A DNA stretch of 64,000 nucleotides from positions 1,061-65,060 of the forward strand of contig CAWJOS010000003.1 in NCBI GenBank assembly GCA_963844555.1, given 5' to 3'. The DNA comes from an uncultured Solirubrobacteraceae bacterium. GTDB taxonomy: Bacteria > Actinomycetota > Thermoleophilia > Solirubrobacterales > Solirubrobacteraceae. A model generated the notes under the pieces. That model was not told where the DNA came from. It saw nothing but the letters and a program-made list of their open reading frames with translations, and searched no databases. Made by a program: the position numbers and the translations under genes. This document shows, in pieces, positions 1-8,811 of this stretch; positions within the stretch are counted from its first letter, which is position 1; every line of letters begins with the position of its first letter.

Positions 1-282
1 GGCGTGCTGCTGCTGCTGGGCCCGGCGGCTCTCGGTGTCGGCATCATCGGCGGCGCGGCGGCGGGAGCGCTTCACCACAAGAGCCTGGGGCTGAGCGATG
101 CCGACAAGGCGCGTCTCACCAGTGAGTTGACCGCGGGCAAGGCGGCTGTCGGTGTGTTGGCCGACGTCGACACCGCACCGGTCATCTCTGACCGGTTGAC
201 CGAGCTCGGCGGCGCGCCCGAGGCTCACGAGCTCAGCGACGAGGCCGTCCAGGCCGCGGCAGGGGCACCCGCGGCAGCCTGA
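1..282 (+). CDS. DUF1269-like membrane protein, C-terminal part (gene begins upstream of window)
   Basis: Frame open from base 1. Gly/Ala-rich TM segment LLLLGPAALGVGIIGGAAAGA is followed by a soluble tail KAAVGVLADVD...; high GC3. Confidence 0.5.
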   Translation, partial: GVLLLLGPAALGVGIIGGAAAGALHHKSLGLSDADKARLTSELTAGKAAVGVLADVDTAPVISDRLTELGGAPEAHELSDEAVQAAAGAPAAA

Positions 283-289
283 TCGGCAA

Positions 290-331
290 GGCGGCGTCGG
301 GTTCCCGTGACGCGGCAGCCCGACGCCCGCC
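290..331 (+). terminator. GC-rich hairpin just downstream of the first CDS
   Basis: GGCGGCGTCGGG ... CCCGACGCCCGCC, about 12 bp stem with one bulge and 17-nt loop; no clear U-tract. Confidence 0.35.
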
Positions 332-413
332 AGGCCAGTCAGACGGCGCCGCTCTCCCGCCGGCGGCTGGGGATCGGCGACGAGCCGGACCGATGGGTTG
401 GCCGGTCTGACCG

Positions 414-1163
414 ATGCGTCGCCTTGCGGCCGATGGCGGTACTGGACAAAGTCGGCTGAGCGCGACATCAGCGTATGAATATGGAGTGGACATCGTGGGA
501 CTGGCTACACGCACTGACAGACCGATCGGGTCACCGACGTCGCGCTTCGCGCGGCGTGATCGAGAGCGGACCAGCCCTGCGCCAGAACCGATTCCTCCCA
601 CTGACGGGCGAACGAGCCGCACGGGATCGCTTTTGCACCCGCGGATCGTCGCCGCAGGGGCGAGAGCTGCGGCCGGCGGCGAGCTCGACATCGCGCTTAA
701 GGACGTCGCCGGCGCCAGGCTGCTTGTGTCGGACGTCACCGTCGCGCTCCTGGCGGTGGACGAGGCTCGCCACCGTGCTGTGGAGCGGTTGTTCGGGGTC
801 TCGAGGGAGCAGTCGTGGCAGGTGACGCTGATCGCGCTTGCCTTGCTGGCGAGCGCGGCTCACGACAAGTCGGATCAGCTGCTCAAGGGTCCGGGCGGTC
901 CAACCCGGTCTGACGTGATGCTCGGAGCCGCCGGGCCGAGGGAGCTGCTCACCTGGATCCCGGGACCATCATCGCGCGACACACCGTTTCTCGGCACTCT
1001 GGTGATGGTGGCACTTGTCGGAGCCCTGGTCCGTCCGGGCGTGAGCAGGGCGGCCCACGGCATTAGGACCTCCTCACGCCGAGCTCGGCTCTCGTCTAAC
1101 CATCGGTACGGTCATCTTCTGCCCACCACAGGCGGGCAACGTCACGAGGATAAGCCGAGATGA
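414..1163 (+). CDS. hypothetical protein; true start probably internal (e.g. GTG at 726)
   Basis: ORF track. GC3 becomes gene-like only from about 640 onward; contains hydrophobic segments (VTLIALALLASAA, GTLVMVALVGALV); no recognised family. Confidence 0.3.
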   Translation: MRRLAADGGTGQSRLSATSAYEYGVDIVGLATRTDRPIGSPTSRFARRDRERTSPAPEPIPPTDGRTSRTGSLLHPRIVAAGARAAAGGELDIALKDVAGARLLVSDVTVALLAVDEARHRAVERLFGVSREQSWQVTLIALALLASAAHDKSDQLLKGPGGPTRSDVMLGAAGPRELLTWIPGPSSRDTPFLGTLVMVALVGALVRPGVSRAAHGIRTSSRRARLSSNHRYGHLLPTTGGQRHEDKPR

Positions 1164-1203
1164 CCGCCACCCGCCGCGCAGATCGCCCGACGAGGCCAGC
1201 ACG

Positions 1204-2244
1204 ATGGCTGACGGACTGATGAGCGGCACCCCGCGGAATTCTGCCGCGGCTACTGAGCCTCCGGGCGACCGGGCCTCAGAGGACCTGGCGCACGCCACGA
1301 CGCCTCAGTCGCCCACCGTCCGCCCGACCGAGGGCAACAACTCTTCAGCAGCCTCGAGCCGCCGAAGCGAGCGGCGGTTCGCTGCGCTCTTGGCGCGTAT
1401 CGGGTCGCTCGTGCGGGCCATCCAGGACAACGACGAGGCCAAGATCGAGGAGGCGATCCTCCGCCTCAGCGAGTCGCGGCGCGTGTTCGCCCCGCTCGCG
1501 TTCGCCGTCGGCGCGTTCGTGATGCTGTTCAACGGACTCAGGCTGCTCGTCACCAACTGGCGGCTCACGCTCGTGCAGATCCTCCCGGCGATGTGGATCT
1601 GGCTGGCGATGTTCGATCTCAAGGCGCACGTGCTGCACGACAAATCCTTCACCGTCGTGCGCGGCCCCATTCTGATCCCCGTCGGCCTGCTGATCATCGC
1701 GATCACGGTTGCGAGCTTCTTCCTCAACGCCGTGTTCGCCTTCGCGGTCTCGCAACCCGGCCGCCCCGAGGTCCGGCCGGCCCTCGCGCAGGCACGGGAA
1801 CATCTGAAGACGATCATGGCCTATGGCGTCGTCGTCGGCGCCATGCTGGCGTTTTCGACGATCGTCGTGACCCGATGGGGAAAGCCCTGGTTCACCATCT
1901 CACTGGGGATCGTGGTTGGGCTGATGATGGTCTCCTATGTGGCCGTGCCCGCGCGCCTGATCGGCTCAAAGCCACCCAAGCAGTCCAAACGCGACAAGCT
2001 TGCAAGCACCGCGGTCGGCGGCGCCCTCAGCATGACCGTGTGTACGCCGCCCTACCTCCTCGGACGCCTCGGCATCCTCGCGCTCGGATCAAGCGCCGTG
2101 CTCGTCTTCATCCTTGGCCTGTTCGCGGTCTCAATCGGAGTCACCCTGCAAGCCGGGGCGACCGGCGCTGTCAGGGCGATCAAGATGAGCGCAACCCTCA
2201 CCGCCGCGCGCCGTCCCACCGGCGCGCAAGCCAGCACCTCCTGA
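1204..2244 (+). CDS. polytopic membrane protein, unknown function
   Basis: 346-aa ORF with high GC3 and at least 6 hydrophobic helices after a polar N-terminal region. Confidence 0.6.
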   Translation: MADGLMSGTPRNSAAATEPPGDRASEDLAHATTPQSPTVRPTEGNNSSAASSRRSERRFAALLARIGSLVRAIQDNDEAKIEEAILRLSESRRVFAPLAFAVGAFVMLFNGLRLLVTNWRLTLVQILPAMWIWLAMFDLKAHVLHDKSFTVVRGPILIPVGLLIIAITVASFFLNAVFAFAVSQPGRPEVRPALAQAREHLKTIMAYGVVVGAMLAFSTIVVTRWGKPWFTISLGIVVGLMMVSYVAVPARLIGSKPPKQSKRDKLASTAVGGALSMTVCTPPYLLGRLGILALGSSAVLVFILGLFAVSIGVTLQAGATGAVRAIKMSATLTAARRPTGAQASTS

Positions 2245-2440
2245 CCGCTGACGGCTGGTCGGCACCGCGCGCTCGTGGAGACCTCGGAGACACTCACCGC
2301 GTCCGAGATCTCCGGACGCCGCCGCGTTCCCACCCCTCCATGTGAAACAGCCGCGCCCCCGGAGTCTGGGCTTGGGGGAGCGCCGCGGCGACTCAGCTAG
2401 GTCACAGCGGCACGGACTCTGAGCGCGCTGGCCTCACAGG

Positions 2441-2968
2441 TCATTGCGGTACCAGCAGGCTGCGCTGCCGGCTGGATAACCCCTTGATGACGCCGACGGT
2501 CTCGTAGCCGAGCCGCTCGTATAGTCCAGGCGGCAGGAGGTCGTAAGCGTGAAACACGACGAGCGCGCAGCCGCGCCGCCGGGCTTCGTGTTCGGCGCCG
2601 GCGACGAGCGCTCGCGCTGCTAGCCCCCGACCGCGCAGCGACTCATCGACCCGCATCGCCTGGCAGCTCGCAGTACCCACCCAGACGATCCCGGAGATGC
2701 CGGCGAGGACGCGACCGTCGTCGTCGCGGAGGAAGATCCCGAATTCCTGCTCAGCGCCTACGCCAGCTGCCGCGACCGCGGCAGCAGCAACGTGTTCCTC
2801 GAGCAGCGCCAAGTCGGCCGGATCCGGCGAGTCCTCGACGACGAGGCGGTTCGAGCCCTCCACCGGCTGAGCACGAGCGACGGCCATGGCAGCCCCGAAC
2901 AGGAGCTCGCGGTCGTTCGGCTCCACCACGACATCCTCGTTGATCTCGAACGAACCTGAAGGCGGCAC
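2441..2968 (-). CDS. GNAT family N-acetyltransferase
   Basis: Motif A-like RGRGLAARALVAGAEHEARRRGCALVVFH and C-terminal LYERLGYETVG; GTG start. Confidence 0.75.
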   Translation of the reverse strand: MPPSGSFEINEDVVVEPNDRELLFGAAMAVARAQPVEGSNRLVVEDSPDPADLALLEEHVAAAAVAAAGVGAEQEFGIFLRDDDGRVLAGISGIVWVGTASCQAMRVDESLRGRGLAARALVAGAEHEARRRGCALVVFHAYDLLPPGLYERLGYETVGVIKGLSSRQRSLLVPQ

Positions 2969-3077
2969 TCACCCGTCCGCCGGTCCTCGTGGAGCATGCG
3001 CGCATGCTCCACCGGATCGGCCCAGCCCCGCGTGGGATCCCGGCCGGCGTGCGGCGGCACCAGGGCACCCTCTTCGA

Positions 3078-3329
3078 TCAACATGTCGATAACGCTCGTC
3101 GTCGGCACAAAGTCAGTAGAGCCCGCTCATCGGCTTCGAGCCGCTCGATCGCATCTCCGAGAGCCAGCGGCCGCGCAAACAAGGCCAAGGTCGCGAAGCC
3201 CCGCGGCCCCACATCGACGATCGTCCCGTCCGGCGAACCGACCAGGACGTGACCCGCGGCGTCAAACCGTGTGCGCATCCTGGGCGCGAGCTGCAGGAGC
3301 GTGTGCGGGGAGAGACGTGCGTCGTCCAC
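3078..3329 (-). CDS. PqqD-like small protein (peptide-chaperone/RRE fold), possibly frameshifted at its 3' end
   Basis: Pattern LAPRMRTRFDAAGHVLVGSPDGTIVDVGPRGFATLALFARPLALGDAIERL matches the PqqD family layout. The expected C-terminal helix (VIDMLIEEGALV) lies in another frame (ORF 2758..3108). Confidence 0.4.
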   Translation of the reverse strand: MDDARLSPHTLLQLAPRMRTRFDAAGHVLVGSPDGTIVDVGPRGFATLALFARPLALGDAIERLEADERALLTLCRRRALSTC

Positions 3330-3535
3330 GGTCTACCAGCCTCGGGGTGGGCAGGTCTTGCGCCAGCTATCTCAGCGTAAAGCGACTCGTCGACTGCCGG
3401 TACAAGATCCCGCTCGACCACGGCAGGATTGCCCGACAAATCTCTAGACAAGAACAGCGACCCGAGCCGATATGTTCTCATCCCCGCCGCGGTTATCGAT
3501 GCCGCCACTCGCGCCGTCGTGCTTGGTGTCCACGG

Positions 3536-4228
3536 TCATTGAGCCCTCTCCTTCACGCGTCGGGTCTCGTCCGCGCGTCGACTCCGCGAACGTGGGGTGG
3601 TGGCGGTAGGTGCGACGAGCCGCTCGAGCTCGGCGTCGAGGAGGTCGACCAGGGCGAGCTCAGGCGCGGCTCGGTGGAGCATCGCGCGGCTGGCACGGTA
3701 ATGGGCGACCTTCGCGCGCGTCGTCCGTTCGGTGAGTTGCGACGCTGGCAGCAGTGCCAGTTCCCGGACTTTGGCGATCTTGTCCGCGGCGAAGACCGCG
3801 TGCGTGTCGGGGTCTGCCTGCGCGATCCGGTCGCGCAGGTCGCGCTTGCGGGGCTGATAGTCGCGGATCGATGGATCGTCTGAGACTGACTCGACGAGGC
3901 CCGCGATCCGGGCTCCGAACCGACGGCGCAGTTCGGCGCTGGTGGTCGCAGTCTTTTCGAGCACGTCGTGGAGCAGGCCGGCGGCGATGACTTCGTCCGG
4001 CTGGCCGTCGCGGCGCAGAAGCCAAGCCACCTCGATCGGATGGTCGATGAAAGGCGCGTGGTCGATCTCCCGGCGCTGCCCGGCGTGTCGTGCTCGGGCA
4101 AACCTCAGCGCGGCCTGCGCCATCGGCAGCCCGGCAAACGGCTCGGCGGCGCGACGCGATCGTGCAGGGGGGCTGGCCGGAACCTCATTAGGGAAGGTGA
4201 TCCCGGGGTCTCCCGACGTCGCGCGCAT
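3536..4228 (-). CDS. HD domain protein (RelA/SpoT-type hydrolase domain)
   Basis: HAGQRREIDHAPFIDHPIEVAWLL ... AAGLLHDVLEKT ... VESVSDDPS: HD motif and layout of small (p)ppGpp-hydrolase-like proteins. Confidence 0.75.
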   Translation of the reverse strand: MRATSGDPGITFPNEVPASPPARSRRAAEPFAGLPMAQAALRFARARHAGQRREIDHAPFIDHPIEVAWLLRRDGQPDEVIAAGLLHDVLEKTATTSAELRRRFGARIAGLVESVSDDPSIRDYQPRKRDLRDRIAQADPDTHAVFAADKIAKVRELALLPASQLTERTTRAKVAHYRASRAMLHRAAPELALVDLLDAELERLVAPTATTPRSRSRRADETRRVKERAQ

Positions 4229-4241
4229 CAGTTCGCGGTCC

Positions 4242-5144
4242 TCACGGCTTCGAGTTCGTATCGGTGCTCGTCGGCTCGAGCCCGGACGGGGTCACCTTCC
4301 CAGCGTCGATCTCCTGAGCGAGCTTCGCCTCTTCCTCCGCCCGTCCTGGGGTGAGCACGCCGGCTCCCGCGGCGTGGGAGATCGGATCGCCGCCGCGGCC
4401 GCGAAGGATCATCGCGCACCCGACCGCGATCGCTGCGCCCGCCAGCGGGCCGAGGACGTACACCCAGTAGGCGGTCCAGTCGCCGCTGACGAGCGCCGGG
4501 CCGAACGAGCGCGCCGGGTTCATCGAGGTGCCGCTCACGGGCGCCGACCACAGACCGGCCAGGGCGATATAGCCGCCGACGCCGAGCGCTCCGATCGCGC
4601 CGACGTTCTGGGCGGCGGAGGCGGTGCCGAGGATCACGCTGAGCAGCACGCCGGTCAGCGCGATCTCCATCAGCAGCGCCTGCCAGTCGTGGTAGCCGGG
4701 TCCGGGCAGGGTCCCGCCGAGGTGTTCGACGTTGCCGAACACGGCCAGCAAGAACAGGCACGCCAGGGTCGCGCCGAGGAGTTGGACGATGATGTACCCG
4801 GGCACCCGCTTCCACGGGAAGTCGCCGCGGGCGGCAAACGCCAGCGACACAGCGGGATTCAGGTGCGCGCCTGACACCGCGCCCATGAACAGGATGATCG
4901 CCAGCACCATCAACCCGGGCGCGACGACCGCCGCGGCGAGGCTGATCTGGCCCTTGGCGTGAAGAATCCCCCCGCCGGCGGCCACGAGGACGAGCATGAA
5001 CGTGCCCAGCAGCTCTGAGAACAGCCGGCGGTACTCGAGCTTGGGATCGTCGAAGTCCTTGCGGTCCCCGAACTCGAGCATCAGCAGGTGATGGGCACGC
5101 TGCGGGTCGTGGATCACGACGTTTGGGGATTCCTCAATTGGCAT
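4242..5144 (-). CDS. MIP family channel (aquaporin/glycerol facilitator type)
   Basis: Two NPA boxes (HLNPAVSLA and SMNPARSFGP), six hydrophobic helices, 300 aa. Confidence 0.9.
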   Translation of the reverse strand: MPIEESPNVVIHDPQRAHHLLMLEFGDRKDFDDPKLEYRRLFSELLGTFMLVLVAAGGGILHAKGQISLAAAVVAPGLMVLAIILFMGAVSGAHLNPAVSLAFAARGDFPWKRVPGYIIVQLLGATLACLFLLAVFGNVEHLGGTLPGPGYHDWQALLMEIALTGVLLSVILGTASAAQNVGAIGALGVGGYIALAGLWSAPVSGTSMNPARSFGPALVSGDWTAYWVYVLGPLAGAAIAVGCAMILRGRGGDPISHAAGAGVLTPGRAEEEAKLAQEIDAGKVTPSGLEPTSTDTNSKP

Positions 5145-5392
5145 GACTTGTGAGCTGGAAGCGGACGATGCCCTGCCGACCGCGACCTACAGCCCTGTCC
5201 GCGCTTTGACGCGCCCGGGCTTGACGGCGGCGGGGCCCGAGCTCGCGTCGGTGTCGCTACGGGCGAGGTTCCTCGAGATAACTGGTGGGCTTTCCATTGA
5301 CGACTCGTGCCATGGGATTCACGGGATTCCACGACAGTTCGACCTCCGCATCATCACTGCAGACGTCCTGTCTGTCATCGGCGTCGAGAAGC

Positions 5393-5408
5393 AATCACCC
5401 GGGTGATT
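5393..5408. promoter_or_regulatory. 16-bp perfect palindrome AATCACCCGGGTGATT (copy 1 of 3)
   Basis: Read directly. Lies in the 900-bp gap between the aquaporin start and the LuxR-family gene. Confidence 0.5.
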
Positions 5409-6052
5409 CATACGCACCTGCAGGTGGCGATCCCGGCGTCGACGAGCTGCTGGAAGGCGCGCTCGGCCAGCGGGTGGACTTGCCTGGGAGTCTCGCCGGG
5501 GCGGCGCTTGGTGCGTGCCAGGCCTTGCCGACTGAACCGCCCGCATCCTCGCCGCTCGACGTCGAGGTACTCGCCGGCGCAGCAACTGCTTCGCGACAGG
5601 AGTCACCACTCGCGGGATTCAGCGGGCAGCCTCAACGAGGAGTCGGAGCCGGAACTCGGCTGCGGCCTCGTCTCGCTCCTGATCTGGGCGAAGACATGTT
5701 CGACGAGGCGTTCGGCCCGGCCCGTGTTGCGATCAGCGAGCTTCCCGAGGAATCCGTGCGGCTTTTCTCGGATGATCCGCGGGGGACGGTGGCGTTAGCG
5801 TGGTGAAAGCGATTGGATCGGCTGGTCATTCGACTGGCGGTGTCGAGTTGCTTTATGTATCGGATCGAGTTCGCGGCCGACACGCTTGGTCGCCACGCTG
5901 GGTCCGTCGAAAAGGATTTGATCCTCGGACCGGAGTTGACTCGTGCCTGGCTCGCCGCGCTGTGGAAGCGATTGTCTATCGATCTTCGCTGATCGACTGC
6001 AGCGGACTGCTCAGCGCCGAGCCGCACCACGCCACGGGATTGGGGTCTCGGT

Positions 6053-8314
6053 GTGAGTGTTCAGGCGGCTGAGACGGTTCTGCCAGCGCTGCGAGTGGTC
6101 GAGCCGAAGCTGATGCTGCCCCGGGTCCAGCCCCGGGTGCTGCGCAGGGCGCGCCTGCTTGAGCTGCTCGACGGCGACGAGGGGGCCGCGCTCACTGTGA
6201 TCGACGCGCCGGTTGGCTACGGCAAGACGACGCTGCTGCGCTCGTGGTGCGCAGAGCGCCCGGAGGCCGTCGTGTGGATGACGCTCGACGCGGCCGACGA
6301 CGACCCCGTGCGATTGTGGACGCACCTGGCTACGGCCGTCGAGCGACTCGGTCACGGCCTCGGACGTGCGGCGCTGATCGGCCTCGGCGTCCGGGGTACG
6401 GCAGGCGAGACGGCGGTCGATGAGCTGATGAACGGCCTGGCGGCGTACGGTCGTCCGGTAACGATCATTCTCGATGACGTCCACGCGGTCGGGAGCGAGC
6501 GTTCGCGTCGTACGATCGCGCATGCGATCGAGCGGCTGCCTGCCAACGCGCGTCTGCTGCTGGCGTCGCGTTCTGACCCGGCGATCAGCATGGCGCGCCT
6601 GCGAGCGAGAGGGGGGCTGAGGGAGATCCGTGCGCGCGACCTCGTGTTCACGGTCGATGAAGCGCGTGAGTTGATGGTGCGTGAGGGGATCGAGCTGTCC
6701 GGCGAGAGCCTCGAGCTGCTGGTCGAGCGCACAGAGGGATGGCCCGCCGGGCTGTACCTGGCCGCGCTCTGGCTTCGCGACCTCAAGGACCCCGATGAGG
6801 GAGTGCGGGCGTTCGCCGGCAGCACCCGGCAGGTCGCCGATTATCTGACCGATGAGGTTCTGTCCGCGCTCGACTTCTGGACCAGGGACTTCCTGGTGCG
6901 CACCGCGGCGCTGGGACGGTTCACGCCCGAGCTGTGCGACGCGGTCCTCGGGCGTGAGGACTCGGCCGCGGTGCTGGCGGAGCTCGCGCGGTCGAATATG
7001 TTCCTGGTCGCCCCCGACGCCCACGAGCAGTGGTACCGCTATCACCACCTGTTCAGCGAGGTTCTAGCGCTCGAGCTCGGACGCGAGGAGGCGTCTGCGC
7101 TGCGGCGCCGCGCGGCGACATGGTGCCGCGAGCAGGGTTTGGTCGAGGACGCGCTCGAGCACGCGGCCGCCGCTCAGGACGCCGAGACGGTAGCCGGGCT
7201 GCTCGTCGAGCACGATCGAGAGTTAGTCTGGGGCGGGCAGGTCGGGCTGTTCCTTCGTTGGGTGCGGTGGCTTCCCTCAGAGCTGCTGCGCGAGCACCCT
7301 TCGCTGGCGGCCGGCGGGGCGGTCGCCGCGTCGCTGCTCGCGCGCCCCGAGCTTGAGGTTCAGTGGCTGCTTGCGGTGGCCGAGCGCGCGCGGCGGGAGC
7401 GGCCGGAGCGATGGTCGCCCTACGCCGAGGCGATCGTGGAGGTCACCCGTGCAAACGGGATCCTGCACGGCGACGTGGGTGCCGCGGTTGGCCACGCTCG
7501 TCGCGCGGTCGCGGCCGCTCGGGCGGGCGCCGACGTCCTGACCGTCGGGGTCCTGGCGGCGCTGTCGCAAGCGCTGTTTTTCGCCGGCGATCTCGATGAA
7601 GCGCGCAGCGTCGCGCTTCAGGCCGTCGAACGCCCCGATGCGCCGGACGTCCCCGACGGCCATCTCGGAAACCTTGGGGTGCTCGCCCTGGTCGACGCCG
7701 AGCAGGGGCGAACCGAGAGCGCAGAGGCGTGGGCTTCTCAGGCGATTGGCTTTGCGCGAACGCGATTCCAAGCGGATTCTTGGATTGCATCGCTGGCGCA
7801 CCTCGGGCTTGCTTTAGCGTTGATCACTGCGGGACGTCTCGACGAGGCCGAGCGCGAGGCGTTGCGCGGCGAGCGTCTGCGACGCTCGCCTCAGCCCACC
7901 GTCGGTCATGTGCACGCCCTGCTCGTGCTCGCGCAGATCCGCATCGCTCGATCGCGGCTGACAAGCGCCGCCCGCGTTCTCAAACGCGCGCAAAGGGGAA
8001 TCGCGGGATTTCCCGACCCGGGGCGGCTACCTGCAGTCGCGGCCTCCATCGAGCGTGACCTGACCATCGCAGGAGCGAATGCCGGAAACGGCCACCTCGT
8101 CGAGGAACCAAGCCCAGCCGAGCTTGCTGTGCTGCGGTGCCTCGTGACCGGTGTCCCCCGACGCGACGTCGCCGCGCAGCTCTACATCTCGCTGAACACG
8201 GTCAAGAGCCACACGCGCGAGCTGTACCGCAAGCTCGACGCTACGTCGCGAGCGGACGCGGTTGCGCGCGCCGAGGCGCTCGGCCTGCTCGAGGGGCGCG
8301 AATCACCCGGGTGA
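6053..8314 (+). CDS. MalT/LAL-type LuxR family transcriptional regulator (NTPase + helical repeats + C-terminal LuxR HTH)
   Basis: Walker A DAPVGYGKTTLL, Walker B IILDDVH, long helical region, C-terminal LYISLNTVKSHTRELYRKL. Confidence 0.85.
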   Translation: MSVQAAETVLPALRVVEPKLMLPRVQPRVLRRARLLELLDGDEGAALTVIDAPVGYGKTTLLRSWCAERPEAVVWMTLDAADDDPVRLWTHLATAVERLGHGLGRAALIGLGVRGTAGETAVDELMNGLAAYGRPVTIILDDVHAVGSERSRRTIAHAIERLPANARLLLASRSDPAISMARLRARGGLREIRARDLVFTVDEARELMVREGIELSGESLELLVERTEGWPAGLYLAALWLRDLKDPDEGVRAFAGSTRQVADYLTDEVLSALDFWTRDFLVRTAALGRFTPELCDAVLGREDSAAVLAELARSNMFLVAPDAHEQWYRYHHLFSEVLALELGREEASALRRRAATWCREQGLVEDALEHAAAAQDAETVAGLLVEHDRELVWGGQVGLFLRWVRWLPSELLREHPSLAAGGAVAASLLARPELEVQWLLAVAERARRERPERWSPYAEAIVEVTRANGILHGDVGAAVGHARRAVAAARAGADVLTVGVLAALSQALFFAGDLDEARSVALQAVERPDAPDVPDGHLGNLGVLALVDAEQGRTESAEAWASQAIGFARTRFQADSWIASLAHLGLALALITAGRLDEAEREALRGERLRRSPQPTVGHVHALLVLAQIRIARSRLTSAARVLKRAQRGIAGFPDPGRLPAVAASIERDLTIAGANAGNGHLVEEPSPAELAVLRCLVTGVPRRDVAAQLYISLNTVKSHTRELYRKLDATSRADAVARAEALGLLEGRESPG

Positions 8315-8315
8315 T
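8302..8315. promoter_or_regulatory. 14-bp perfect palindrome ATCACCCGGGTGAT (copy 2 of 3), contains the LuxR gene stop codon
   Basis: Read directly; 40 bp upstream of the next small ORF. Confidence 0.5.
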
Positions 8316-8354
8316 CCTCGGCCCACCCGGCCCAAACGGCGACCATCGTGCGTC

Positions 8355-8559
8355 ATGGTAGTTCGCATGTCGCCGCATCGCTACCGCATCGCGATCGAAG
8401 GAGAACTGGGACCACGCTGCGCGTCAGCGTTCGACGGCGTGACCCTCTGCGCCCATCACGGCGTGAAGGAGATCAGCGGGCCAATGATCGACCCCCTCGC
8501 ATCTCCAGGGGCTGCTCGAACGGATCGCCGGAGCCGGCACTACTGCGAAGGGACCGTGA
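8355..8559 (+). pseudogene. small conserved-looking ORF downstream of LuxR, apparently frameshifted at a C5 run (8492-8496)
   Basis: Frame 0 reads MSPHRYRIAIEGELGPRCASAFDGVTLCAHHGVKEISGPMIDP. The +1 frame continues SHLQGLLERIAGAG...* to a stop at 8557-8559. The pattern resembles small actinobacterial proteins I recall only from memory. Confidence 0.3.
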
Positions 8560-8563
8560 ACTG

Positions 8564-8755
8564 ATGACTTTTCTGTGGATTCTGTTGGCCATCCTGTACG
8601 TCGCGTGCTGGGTCTACTTCGGCTTGGCGACGTTCCGCAAAGGGCACTACTGGATGTTCTGGATCGGGTTCTTGCTCCCGTTCCTGTGGATCATCGGGGC
8701 GTTGATCGCACCGACCGGACACGCCGCCGCACGCGCCGTCGGCGGGGGTGCGTAG
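8564..8755 (+). CDS. small 2-TM membrane protein
   Basis: MTFLWILLAILYVACWVYFGLATFRKGHYWMFWIGFLLPFLWIIGALIAP; internal ATG of ORF 8348..8755. Confidence 0.5.
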   Translation: MTFLWILLAILYVACWVYFGLATFRKGHYWMFWIGFLLPFLWIIGALIAPTGHAAARAVGGGA

Positions 8756-8811
8756 GCCCGTGGTCGCCCAGGCAAGATCACTGATTCGCGGCACCCGACG
8801 AACCGGACGAC

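Noticed and set aside
5143-5406. 87-aa + strand ORF ending QSPG* inside palindrome copy 1. The frames ending at copies 2 and 3 also read ESPG* and QSPG*.
   Set aside because: The shared C-terminal tetrapeptide is simply the translation of the conserved DNA motif (TCA CCC GGG TGA). GC3 of this ORF is well below that of confident genes, its ATG overlaps the aquaporin start on the other strand, and no family was recognised.
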